From positions 32,001-96,000 of the forward strand of contig JBIJBE010000005.1 in the NCBI GenBank assembly GCA_044345405.1: a stretch of DNA of 64,000 bases, read 5' to 3'. The position numbers were made by a program, and so were the translations under genes. The notes under the pieces are model-generated. The model was given only the letters and a program-made list of their open reading frames with translations, made no database searches and was not told where the DNA came from. How positions within the stretch are numbered: the stretch's first letter is position 1; each line of letters starts with the position of its first letter. Below, piece after piece: positions 20,071 through 28,816 of the stretch. Source of the DNA: Bdellovibrionota bacterium. Its GTDB lineage: Bacteria; Bdellovibrionota_C; UBA2361; OMII01.

Positions 20071-21900
20071 CTAAATATGATTACTGTTAGAGCGTCCGAG
20101 GCTCGACGCTCGAAGGGCGTTGCCGACCGCCCAGAGGTCGATAAACTCCTGCAGCAAAGCTCCAGCGACCGGCTCAAGATATCCCGCGGCGGCTAGAAAC
20201 ATCCCTCCGACACTGAGAATCATCCCGCCGACCGCGCTCTGCAACGCGACCCGTCGCATATGCCCGCTGATGTGAAGAAACTGATCGACCTTTCGGAGGG
20301 AAGGCTCCAAGATCACCGCCCCCGCCGCCTCAGAGGTAATATCGCTGCGTGGACCGAAGGCGACCCCAACCGTCGCGGCCGTCAACGCCGGAGCATCGTT
20401 GATACCATCTCCAAGATAGAGGGTCTGCGCTCGAGCTGTCTCTTCGCGCACGATATCGACCTTCTGCTCCGGAGATTTCCCGGCGAAGACCTTCGAGATG
20501 TGAAGCTTTCGCGCGAGGTACTGTACCTCCTCATCGCGATCCCCCGAGAGGAGGATAATATCCTTAAAGTTGTGCTGTGGGCCCAAATGCATGACGAAAT
20601 CTTTGCTTTCAGGTCGAGCCTCGTCCTGAAACCGAAACACAGCCGAGGGTTTATCATCGATCAAAACAAGACACTCTAATCCACTGGGCGCCGCCGCGAA
20701 TGACTTTGCGAGATCAGGGTCTACGGTTCTTCGGCCAGTAATGGTTACCTTCCGCCCGGCGACCATCCCCACCAAACCACGCCCCGGAATCTCCTGCACA
20801 TCTGAAGGATCAGCGAGTAAGAGGTGGCGTTCGTCCGCGACCTGCACAACGGGCTGCGCGAGAGGATGCTTGGAGTATTTCTCAACGCTCGCGGCGAGTC
20901 GAAGCACCTCGTTCTCCTCGATACCAAGAGCCTCAATCTCCACCAGTCGTGGCTCACCGATCGTGAGAGTTCCCGTCTTGTCGGTGATTAACACCTCACA
21001 GGTGTGCGCGCGCTCAAGCGCTATAGGGTCTTTGATAATTATTCCCCTCTTGGCTGACCACGAGATAGCGCCAATGATAGCGACCGGTATCGCGATGATG
21101 AGTGGACACGGTGTGGCGACAACGAGCACGGCGAGAAACCGGTGAGCCTCCCCTGAGAGCCCCCATGCCAGAAGGGCGATTACAACCGCGACAGGCGTGT
21201 AGAGCGCGCCAAGTTTATCGGCGAGACGTCTCAAACGGGGACGCTTCTGTCGCGTAACATCCATGACCTGCATGATCTTGGCGTAGCGAGAATCCTTAGC
21301 CTCTTTGCTCGCGCGAACGATAAGCGCCCCCTCTCCATTGATTGCGCCGGAGATAACCTCGCACCCCGGAGTCTTCGAGATCCGATAGGGCTCGCCGGTG
21401 AGGTACGACTCGTCCATGGAACTACGCCCCTCTATGACGACGCCATCCACAGGGCACAGCTCGTGCGGAAGAACCACCACCTCCTCACCAGCTCGCACCT
21501 CATCAGCGGCCACATCCACCATGCTTACCCCATGCCGCCTATGCGCGATCGATGGCATCCGCTTCGCGAGCGCGTCAAGCACGGATGACGCTCGACGCAT
21601 CGCGTACTCCTCTAACGCGGTACCGCCGGAGAGCATCAACACCACCAGAGCGCCGGCTATGTACTCTCCTAAGATGACTGATGTTACGATCGAGATACCG
21701 GCGAGGAGATCGGAACCGAACTCCCCCTTGCACATGCTGACGATAAGATTAAAGACAAGAAACGCCCCGCCACTGATAAGAACAACCAACACAGGCAGAT
21801 CCGCCGACCCAGGATCGATCCCGAATGCGTAACGGAACACTAAGGTCATCGCGATAGCGATAACTGTGGCGATCGCTACGGTCACGTTGAGATACTTCAT
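20071..21900 (-). CDS. Heavy-metal P1B-type ATPase, P1B-5 subclass motifs
   Basis: DESYLTGEP, VATPCPL, DKTGTLT, SKHPLA, GDGINDAPAL, LLQEFID; no N-terminal metal-binding domain and no C-terminal hemerythrin. Confidence 0.9.
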   Translation of the reverse strand: MKYLNVTVAIATVIAIAMTLVFRYAFGIDPGSADLPVLVVLISGGAFLVFNLIVSMCKGEFGSDLLAGISIVTSVILGEYIAGALVVLMLSGGTALEEYAMRRASSVLDALAKRMPSIAHRRHGVSMVDVAADEVRAGEEVVVLPHELCPVDGVVIEGRSSMDESYLTGEPYRISKTPGCEVISGAINGEGALIVRASKEAKDSRYAKIMQVMDVTRQKRPRLRRLADKLGALYTPVAVVIALLAWGLSGEAHRFLAVLVVATPCPLIIAIPVAIIGAISWSAKRGIIIKDPIALERAHTCEVLITDKTGTLTIGEPRLVEIEALGIEENEVLRLAASVEKYSKHPLAQPVVQVADERHLLLADPSDVQEIPGRGLVGMVAGRKVTITGRRTVDPDLAKSFAAAPSGLECLVLIDDKPSAVFRFQDEARPESKDFVMHLGPQHNFKDIILLSGDRDEEVQYLARKLHISKVFAGKSPEQKVDIVREETARAQTLYLGDGINDAPALTAATVGVAFGPRSDITSEAAGAVILEPSLRKVDQFLHISGHMRRVALQSAVGGMILSVGGMFLAAAGYLEPVAGALLQEFIDLWAVGNALRASSLGRSNSNHI

Positions 21901-22090
21901 ACGTCGCCCTTTTCACTCTCTGCCGCTTCGGCCCCGGGGCCGCTAGCGGGAACGTCTATTGACGGTAGATTGTACACTACACCAGCGCATGGGTACCTGA
22001 ACACCATCCCTTCACCACTCCCAAACCTCATGGACAGGTCGCACACTACTTTGCGATGATACCGATCTATTGAGCAAAAGTGGTATCCCG

Positions 22091-23146
22091 ATGAACGCCC
22101 CCACTCATCCTTCAATCATTCACCCCAAAGTCGATCCCTGGCTCGTCGGAGGACTTTCGATTCTGGTCCTTATGAGCTTTATAGTCATCAGCTCAAAGGT
22201 CCCTCAGGAGCTCATCCTCGGGAATTTTTTGATTCTCACGGTGCTCATAAACGGCACCCATTTCATGGCATCGTACTTTCTCCTCTACTCATCTCGGGAC
22301 TATATCAAGCGATATCGCGCGGCTTCGGTCTACGTACCTCTCGGATTGTTGCTGCTTGGGGCAGCCGGTTTGTGGATGGCGGCTCCCCCCCGAAGCGATC
22401 CAGGTATCGTGCACGCTCTTATCGTTATCGCCGCGCTCTACCTCGCGTTGCACTATACAGGCCAGGCGTGGGGGATGATGGCCTCATACGCGTATCTTCA
22501 CGGCATTCGATTCTCTAAAACTGAGCGCACCACCCTTCGAGCGTGTCTTCGCGTGATGGCGGTGTGGCAAATGGTGTGGGCTCTCACCACAAGTCCCTCA
22601 TATATTCCGGCTTCTTTTCTTCCGTGGGCAGAACCTTGCGTGAGGGCAATAAACGTAGCCGGCGCGCTCTCATTTCTCGTAGGGCTCCTCACCCTTTTAG
22701 CTCTTCGACGTCGACTTCACGTGCCCCTTCCAACCTCCCTCGTCCTCCCATTCGGAAGTCTCTACGTTTGGTACCTCTTTCTGTTCCTCTATCCCCAATC
22801 ACTCTTCTGGGTTCAAATATTTCACGCGACTCAGTATCTCTCCTTTCCTTTGAGGATCGAGGCAAACCGCTCGGCTTATAAAGGCGGCCCCCTTTTGTCT
22901 TCCTCGCAAGCGCGCCACCTCTTGACCTACTCACTGACCCTGTGCGCCATGAGCCTCTTTGTCTTCGTGGGGATCGATAAAATCCTCAATTATCCGAGCG
23001 GAGGATTTGAGACCTATACCCTTGTGCTCGTATCGTTGATCAATATCCATCACTATTTTATCGATGGATGCGTCTGGCACATCCGAAGCCCTGAGGTGCG
23101 CGCCGATCTCTTCGCGCACCTTACAACAACGCGGAGCGGTGAGTAG
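22091..23146 (+). CDS. Polytopic membrane protein with spaced His motifs
   Basis: Roughly 9-10 hydrophobic segments; THFMAS, HYTGQAWG, HATQYL, HHYFIDGCVW. Confidence 0.75.
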   Translation: MNAPTHPSIIHPKVDPWLVGGLSILVLMSFIVISSKVPQELILGNFLILTVLINGTHFMASYFLLYSSRDYIKRYRAASVYVPLGLLLLGAAGLWMAAPPRSDPGIVHALIVIAALYLALHYTGQAWGMMASYAYLHGIRFSKTERTTLRACLRVMAVWQMVWALTTSPSYIPASFLPWAEPCVRAINVAGALSFLVGLLTLLALRRRLHVPLPTSLVLPFGSLYVWYLFLFLYPQSLFWVQIFHATQYLSFPLRIEANRSAYKGGPLLSSSQARHLLTYSLTLCAMSLFVFVGIDKILNYPSGGFETYTLVLVSLINIHHYFIDGCVWHIRSPEVRADLFAHLTTTRSGE

Positions 23147-23201
23147 GACCATGCCCCTCCCCGCTCCGCGGCCCCTCGCGAGACCCGAGAGTGGTAATCA
23201 C

Positions 23202-24587
23202 CTACCTCACGTAGATGCGCTTAGTCGAAAGCTTCGCGGCTTTCGCCCGTTGCCCAACAACCCGCTTCAGCTCCGCCGAGCACGCCGCGGTTTTAGGATC
23301 TACGTTATCGGCGTTTACAGCGCCAAACATCGGATCTGATCCGCCTACCTGCGCGCCCAACGCGGCGATATACCGCTTGAGAGCCGTTTGCGCCGGACGA
23401 CTTATCTTAACCGATGTTGCGGAAGCTCCCTTTTTCAGGGACACCTTCAGCGTACGGGTAGCCGGGTCGTAATCCCCGACTCGGACATTCACCAAGGCGC
23501 CGACCGGCATAACTCGGCTCGCGTAGAGATACGCGAGTGCCTTGTTACGTAATCCTATCGTTCCCTTTTCCAGCCCCTTGGTAGCGAACGCTTTCGCGGA
23601 TCGTGGAGACACCCGAACCCTCAGCCCAGCTCCTTGCTCCGCGGTTGAGCAGAACGCGGTGTGTTGCACGTGTGGGGTCGGCGCTCCGGGCGTTATCCCG
23701 GGGGAGGATGGTAGCTCCGGTGTTCCTCGATCCACTCCACCATCACTATCATCGGGATCGGGGGTCGCCGTAGGAACCTGACCACCGGTAACATCTGGAC
23801 TTGTCGGTGGGCACAACGCGACGGAACTTTGCTTAACAGCCGTGGAGATCCCGGCTGGAACCGGTCCGGTGGTGGTGATCATGAAATTATCCACTCGCAC
23901 TCGACCGTTCACCTCAGCCAAAAAGACACCAAACGCGCGGACCGTTCCCGCGGTTGGAAGTGAGGTGTTGTACGCGATTGGCGTGGTCGCGCCAAGACCG
24001 GTCACGTAGGGAACGGTGCCATACAGCAGTTCAGAGGGATCCACCTTCACAGGTTCCCAAGCCAAAGGATTGCTCTGACGAGTAGCGATACCCGAAATGT
24101 ACCATGTGTCATCGATCAGAAAGATCAGCTGGGTCTGATTCATGATGCCCGCGGCATCGGCGCCACTGAGCCGCTGCTCGTATTCGATGCTTGCGGACTG
24201 TTTCGAAATGAGTCCGACATCAAATGGAAATTCAGCCGTCAGGAACGAAACTCCATAGGTAGGCTTAAACCAAAACGAATACCCCTCTGCCTTTCCGTTT
24301 GGGGAGCTGTTTACCGATCCTCCCACAATCTTACTTCCGTATGAAAAGACCTTAAGGTTTCCGAACTTCTCCTTGGGAAGCCCCGTAACCAAAGCCATCC
24401 ATCCAGACTCGTCAGCAGCCGGCTTTCCTAAGCTTCCCGAGCAATACTGGTAGGTCTCTTTGTAGATTGTTTTCGATTCAGCCCAGGCCCGACCGGGCAC
24501 CATGGCGGTTGAGAGACACGTTCCTAACGCGATGGCGTGGAGACACGTTCTTGAAAATGATCTCGATAGCAAGGGGAGACGATTCAC
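23202..24587 (-). CDS. Secreted protein: beta-rich domain, Pro/Thr linker, degenerate tyrosine-recombinase-like C-terminal domain
   Basis: Signal peptide ending AWA|ES; C-terminus GTIGLRNKALAYLYASRVMPVGALVNVRVGDYD...KKG...ALKRYIAA...DPMF...VVGQRAKAAKL parallels integrase box I onward. Confidence 0.7.
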   Translation of the reverse strand: MNRLPLLSRSFSRTCLHAIALGTCLSTAMVPGRAWAESKTIYKETYQYCSGSLGKPAADESGWMALVTGLPKEKFGNLKVFSYGSKIVGGSVNSSPNGKAEGYSFWFKPTYGVSFLTAEFPFDVGLISKQSASIEYEQRLSGADAAGIMNQTQLIFLIDDTWYISGIATRQSNPLAWEPVKVDPSELLYGTVPYVTGLGATTPIAYNTSLPTAGTVRAFGVFLAEVNGRVRVDNFMITTTGPVPAGISTAVKQSSVALCPPTSPDVTGGQVPTATPDPDDSDGGVDRGTPELPSSPGITPGAPTPHVQHTAFCSTAEQGAGLRVRVSPRSAKAFATKGLEKGTIGLRNKALAYLYASRVMPVGALVNVRVGDYDPATRTLKVSLKKGASATSVKISRPAQTALKRYIAALGAQVGGSDPMFGAVNADNVDPKTAACSAELKRVVGQRAKAAKLSTKRIYVR

Positions 24588-24719
24588 GGAAAACTCCTCA
24601 GAAAGATAGGCATCACATCTCGCATGTCAGGACTGTGCCCACAGAGATGCTTCGGTATGTGATAGTCCTAACGGGAATTTGTCTGAATGACTGACATCAT
24701 GAGATGACGACGGAGATCG

Positions 24720-25466
24720 TCAGACCCGCTCAGCCCACATGAGGAACTCTTTATTCCCTTCGGTGCCCAAAATCGGAGAGGGGATGGTCCCCCGGTGAGC
24801 GAGGCCAACAGACGGAAGAAAATCTCGCACGGTTTGCGTCACCCGGTCATGCACCACCGCGCTCTCAATAATACCGCCCTCTCCAACATCCTCCTTTGCC
24901 GCCTCGAATTGAGGTTTCACAAGGGCGATCACTACTCCACCCGGGACGAGCCACTTCGAGATCACTGGAAGAACCTTCGTCAGGGAGATAAACGACACAT
25001 CGATGGTGACGAGGTCGATCGCATCAGGGAGCTGTTCAACGTAACGAACGTTCGTTCGCTCCATCACCACCACACGAGGATTAGTTCGAATCTTCCAATC
25101 AAGATCCCCATACCCCACATCAATAGCGTACACCTTTTCAGCGCCACGCAGTAAAAGCACCTCAGTGAATCCACCCGTGCAAGCCCCTACGTCGGCGCAG
25201 ATCTTGCCGGATGGGGAGAGCTCGAATTCATCGAGCGCGCCGCAGAGCTTATGAGCGCCCCTTCCCACAAAATCCTTTCGGGGCGCCAACGTAATTTGAG
25301 ATTCAACGCTCACTAAGGTGCCCGGTTTATCAACCGTCACCCCTTCCACTCGAACAAGCCCAGCTCGAATATGCTTCTCAGCGACCTGCTGGGATGGCGC
25401 GATCCCCTCGCTGACAAGGCGGTCGATCAGTTTCTGTTTTTGGGGAGCTTTCGGGGCCATCGGCAT
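24720..25466 (-). CDS. tlyA: TlyA-family rRNA 2'-O-methyltransferase
   Basis: S4 domain, FVGRGAHKL, DVGACTGGFT, IDVSFISL, LVKPQFEA, SPILGTEGNKEFL. Confidence 0.93.
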   Translation of the reverse strand: MPMAPKAPQKQKLIDRLVSEGIAPSQQVAEKHIRAGLVRVEGVTVDKPGTLVSVESQITLAPRKDFVGRGAHKLCGALDEFELSPSGKICADVGACTGGFTEVLLLRGAEKVYAIDVGYGDLDWKIRTNPRVVVMERTNVRYVEQLPDAIDLVTIDVSFISLTKVLPVISKWLVPGGVVIALVKPQFEAAKEDVGEGGIIESAVVHDRVTQTVRDFLPSVGLAHRGTIPSPILGTEGNKEFLMWAERV

Positions 25467-25769
25467 TCAGTATCTCACACTATTGCTCCCGCATCTCCCC
25501 CCCTCTTCCGACACCATCACCTAAACGTTCCTTACTGAATCCGACTATCTCAATCCGATCTCACCCTGCGCGTGGTCCCACGTGAGTTGATCCCTGTCGC
25601 ATGGTGTTATGATCCGCTCGGCGGGATCGATGCGGTGCGTACGTGACCCGAAAATCAGAATCTGAGACAAGCGCTGGATGGAAAATTATTTAGAGCTGTA
25701 CACCGCATCTCTAATGGAATAGAAGACATCTCAACCTCGTAGGCAGTACCACCTTTAGGTCACTACTTC

Positions 25770-26015
25770 ATGACACATATCCCCGAGACACTTGCCGATA
25801 CTTCGTACGAACAACATGACGCCCGAGACATTATCGTGCTGGCGGATGTGTGTTTTGAGATGTTCCCTATTAAAGAGCTACGAAAGCCCCACCTGATTAT
25901 CGACGAACTCCAGGCGGCGTTCCCCGATTTTGATGAACCGGATATCCTCCGCGCGATCTCGATGGCGCTCTCGTGGCGGCGCCTTCTGCGCGACGCAGGG
26001 CGACCGCTGCACTAG
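25770..26015 (+). CDS. Small hypothetical protein
   Basis: 81-aa ATG ORF with protein-like composition in an otherwise non-coding gap. Confidence 0.5.
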   Translation: MTHIPETLADTSYEQHDARDIIVLADVCFEMFPIKELRKPHLIIDELQAAFPDFDEPDILRAISMALSWRRLLRDAGRPLH

Positions 26016-26161
26016 GAAAGCATCTAGAGAATTACTACAAGTGACGGACAAAGCGACCACGATGACGTCGACGTCATAGGTCTTACGTCTTACGAATACC
26101 GTCGATGGCTCACGGTAAACGTTTCAGGTCCTCGTTACTCGTATTTGAGAGATAGACAAAG

Positions 26162-26201
26162 AAAAAGGCGGTTGCGGGTAACTCACCCACAACCGCCTTT
26201 T
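26162..26201. terminator. Bidirectional intrinsic terminator downstream of the RRM gene
   Basis: AAAAGGCGGTTG-CGGGT-AACTC-ACCCA-CAACCGCCTTTT stem flanked by A and T tracts. Confidence 0.85.
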
Positions 26202-26221
26202 CGTTCTAGTGAACGGAGAAT

Positions 26222-26554
26222 TTAGCGACGTCCGCCGAATCCACCACCACCATCACGGCGGCGAGGGCGATCCCCACCACCACGATTGAATCCACCCTCT
26301 CGTGGAGCTCGCTCGCGAGCGATATCAACCACGATTGAGCGACCATCTACGTCTGTTCCATTGAACATGTTTACAGCGGCCTGAGCCTCGTCCTCGCTGG
26401 ACATCTCAACGAAACCGAAACCACGCTTACGACCTGTAGCCGGATCGAGCACTACTCGCGCGGACGCCACAGTACCAGCTTGAGCGAACAAGCGGTTCAG
26501 ATCAGCATCCTCAAGCGAGAACGGCAGATTTCCTACATACAACTTCTTTGACAT
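26222..26554 (-). CDS. RRM RNA-binding protein with Gly/Arg-rich tail
   Basis: RNP2 LYVGNL, RNP1 RGFGFVEM; GGAGG RBS. Confidence 0.95.
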   Translation of the reverse strand: MSKKLYVGNLPFSLEDADLNRLFAQAGTVASARVVLDPATGRKRGFGFVEMSSEDEAQAAVNMFNGTDVDGRSIVVDIARERAPREGGFNRGGGDRPRRRDGGGGFGGRR

Positions 26555-26719
26555 TTACATTCCTCCACGGCACTAACAGTTCTGATAAGCCGCGGGAACG
26601 AAGTGACGGAACGTACACTGTTGCCTCTGAAGTAACTCGAACGGGCGGCCCAAACGAGCGACCTCGGCGATGAACATCTTCCGGTAATGTCCCGGAGCGG
26701 AAACCAGATTAACAGTCCG

Positions 26720-26749
26720 ATAGTAACAACCTCTTGACAATTGGGTCAA
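26720..26749 (-). promoter_or_regulatory. Sigma70-type promoter for the RRM gene with a palindrome over the -35
   Basis: Minus strand TTGACC-18-TACTAT with extended TG; TTGAC-N6-GTCAA palindrome at 26734-26749. Confidence 0.55.
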
Positions 26750-26858
26750 TGATGATTTAGGACGAGCGCCCCCGGGCATCCGAGATCGGCGATAACCCGC
26801 TGAAATAAGCGAGCTAAATCACTCGAAAAACCCCCTAAAAATGGCCCTTTTTGGGCAA

Positions 26859-28061
26859 CTAGAGCCCAACATGCCGCCCCGAATCCGTGGACTCGGCCAT
26901 GACAACGCCGGAAAAGTCACTGGGAAACACCTCTCCAAACACCACCGAACGGTAAAGGGCCGCGTATTTATCGACCACAACCTGAAGTGAATACCGCTGC
27001 GCGATTCGAGAACGACCTCGCACTCCCCGTTCTCTCCACGCCTCACGCCCCTCTCGACACATGGACACGAGCGCGTGCGCGAGGTGCGTAGATGACCGAG
27101 CTGGCACAATGATACCGATACCATCGAGCAAAGCTCTCGTGTTACCAACATCACTCGCGACGCACGGCACTTCACAACACATCGCCTCGCCGATCACATT
27201 TGGAAAACCCTCAGCGACCGATGATGAGCATAGGATATCCAAAGCGGAATACACCTCCGAGATAGGAGAATACTCACCCACAAGTACTACGCGAGACGCG
27301 ACGCCGGACGAGACGAGAAGCCTTCGCAACTCTGGATTCGCCTCACTCATCCCACGTCCAATCAACATGAGGCGAGCGTTGGGCACACGCTTCAACAGCT
27401 CGGCGAACCCCTCAATGAGATACTGGCGCCCCTTCGCGCTATCATCCCGCCCAATATTCCCGATCAGGATATCGGACTCCGCGACACCGTACCGATCCCG
27501 AATACCTTTTCGCTTCTCCGAAGAGTGCGCGAATGTCTCAGTATCGAAACCGTTGCCGATCACGACACCACCCTCAGGCTCAAATCCCAAAGCTTCATGC
27601 TGTTCCCGGCTTTCCTGAGTGCAGTACACGATGCGCTCAGCGCGCGAAGAGAGCCATGCGTTAGCGCGAATCACGAACCGAGTTAGAAACTTCCGCTCCC
27701 GCACATCTTCGGTACCTCGCCGAATATTCCAGAGCGCGGGTAGAGCGCGTGTCAAGAAGGGACGGACCAAGGTTACCATCAGATTGGCGTGATACATCCA
27801 CCCCTGCAAGATGTCGGGTTCGAGCTCATTGATGAGCCGCCGCAATCGTGGAATAGCGAAGATCCCCCGAACAGTGGGCGACAAGCTCAGGGAATAGACC
27901 CGCACGCCCCTGGCCTCAAAGGCGTCAGCGAGCGGCTCTCGAGATGACAAGCTCACGACGATATTTTCGATTCCCCGCTCCTGAAGCCCAACAGCCAACC
28001 GAAGCAACATCCGTTGAGCACCATCCCCTCGCAGTCCGGTGATACAGTGAACTACTCGCAT
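26859..28061 (-). CDS. Glycosyltransferase family 4
   Basis: GDGAQRML, QGWMYHAN, IGNGFD, GRDDSAKG, EGFPNVIGEAM, SDVG. Confidence 0.9.
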   Translation of the reverse strand: MRVVHCITGLRGDGAQRMLLRLAVGLQERGIENIVVSLSSREPLADAFEARGVRVYSLSLSPTVRGIFAIPRLRRLINELEPDILQGWMYHANLMVTLVRPFLTRALPALWNIRRGTEDVRERKFLTRFVIRANAWLSSRAERIVYCTQESREQHEALGFEPEGGVVIGNGFDTETFAHSSEKRKGIRDRYGVAESDILIGNIGRDDSAKGRQYLIEGFAELLKRVPNARLMLIGRGMSEANPELRRLLVSSGVASRVVLVGEYSPISEVYSALDILCSSSVAEGFPNVIGEAMCCEVPCVASDVGNTRALLDGIGIIVPARSSTHLAHALVSMCREGREAWRERGVRGRSRIAQRYSLQVVVDKYAALYRSVVFGEVFPSDFSGVVMAESTDSGRHVGL

Positions 28062-28347
28062 ATTGGCTCATCACATCCCCTACTCATTCGGGGATGAGTG
28101 TACGAGAGCGCCAGCTCGGCCTTTATGAGCGGCCTTAGCCTTGAGAGAAGAGAATCACTGAGGCGAGCGCTACCACCGAATCACAGTCATTACGCGGGAG
28201 TCACGCTCGACACGTCGCGTCTTACCCTGAACCGATGGGGTCTTGGATACGCCATGAACTGGCCTTTCGACCACAAAGGGCGCAAAGGACACAATGCGTT
28301 GGGGAGTTTACACCGCGCAAATAGCCAACAGGGAGAGGATCCGCAGC

Positions 28348-28725
28348 CTAGGTAATAGAGGTGGTCCGCAGCTCAGCCAACGCCTTATCGGCGTCACGGG
28401 TGACCTTCTCCATCGCGTCAACACAATACGAGGTCCGAACCGAGCCGAGCCCATCGCTCCCCAGGTCCTCCGTCGCCAAACGAAGCGCCTTGGTGAAAGC
28501 TTGCGCAAGGACAAGCACCGAGTCGAGTCCTACAGAATTATCGCCGAGTTCGTTAAGGATATACGCTGTCACATGCTCAACGCGGGTATCATAAGGCTCC
28601 CACTTCTGGACACCCATGACCTCACGCTCAGCCGGGGATCGCTGCATGGCCCGGGCGACCTGCGTATCGATGGCATGCATGGCCTGGAGAAGGCCCTCCT
28701 CTAATTTGCCGCCTTTTGTTGTCAT
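28348..28725 (-). CDS. Hypothetical protein
   Basis: 125-aa helical-looking ORF; GGGAGAG upstream of the ATG. Confidence 0.6.
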   Translation of the reverse strand: MTTKGGKLEEGLLQAMHAIDTQVARAMQRSPAEREVMGVQKWEPYDTRVEHVTAYILNELGDNSVGLDSVLVLAQAFTKALRLATEDLGSDGLGSVRTSYCVDAMEKVTRDADKALAELRTTSIT

Positions 28726-28816
28726 ACGCGTAATTCTCTCCCTATGAGGCGATACACCATCTCACCTGTTAAGACTCATGTGACCGTGTCTTGGATGCGG
28801 ATTTTCCGGTGGGCCC

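Noticed and set aside
23202-23625. Active integrase or integrated mobile element
   Set aside because: Catalytic Arg, HxxR and Tyr are absent; no att sites, tRNA or cargo seen; no continuation of the domain after the stop.
24720-25466. tlyA as a hemolysin or toxin
   Set aside because: The S4 plus methyltransferase motifs fit the housekeeping rRNA methylase role; nothing here supports a toxin role.
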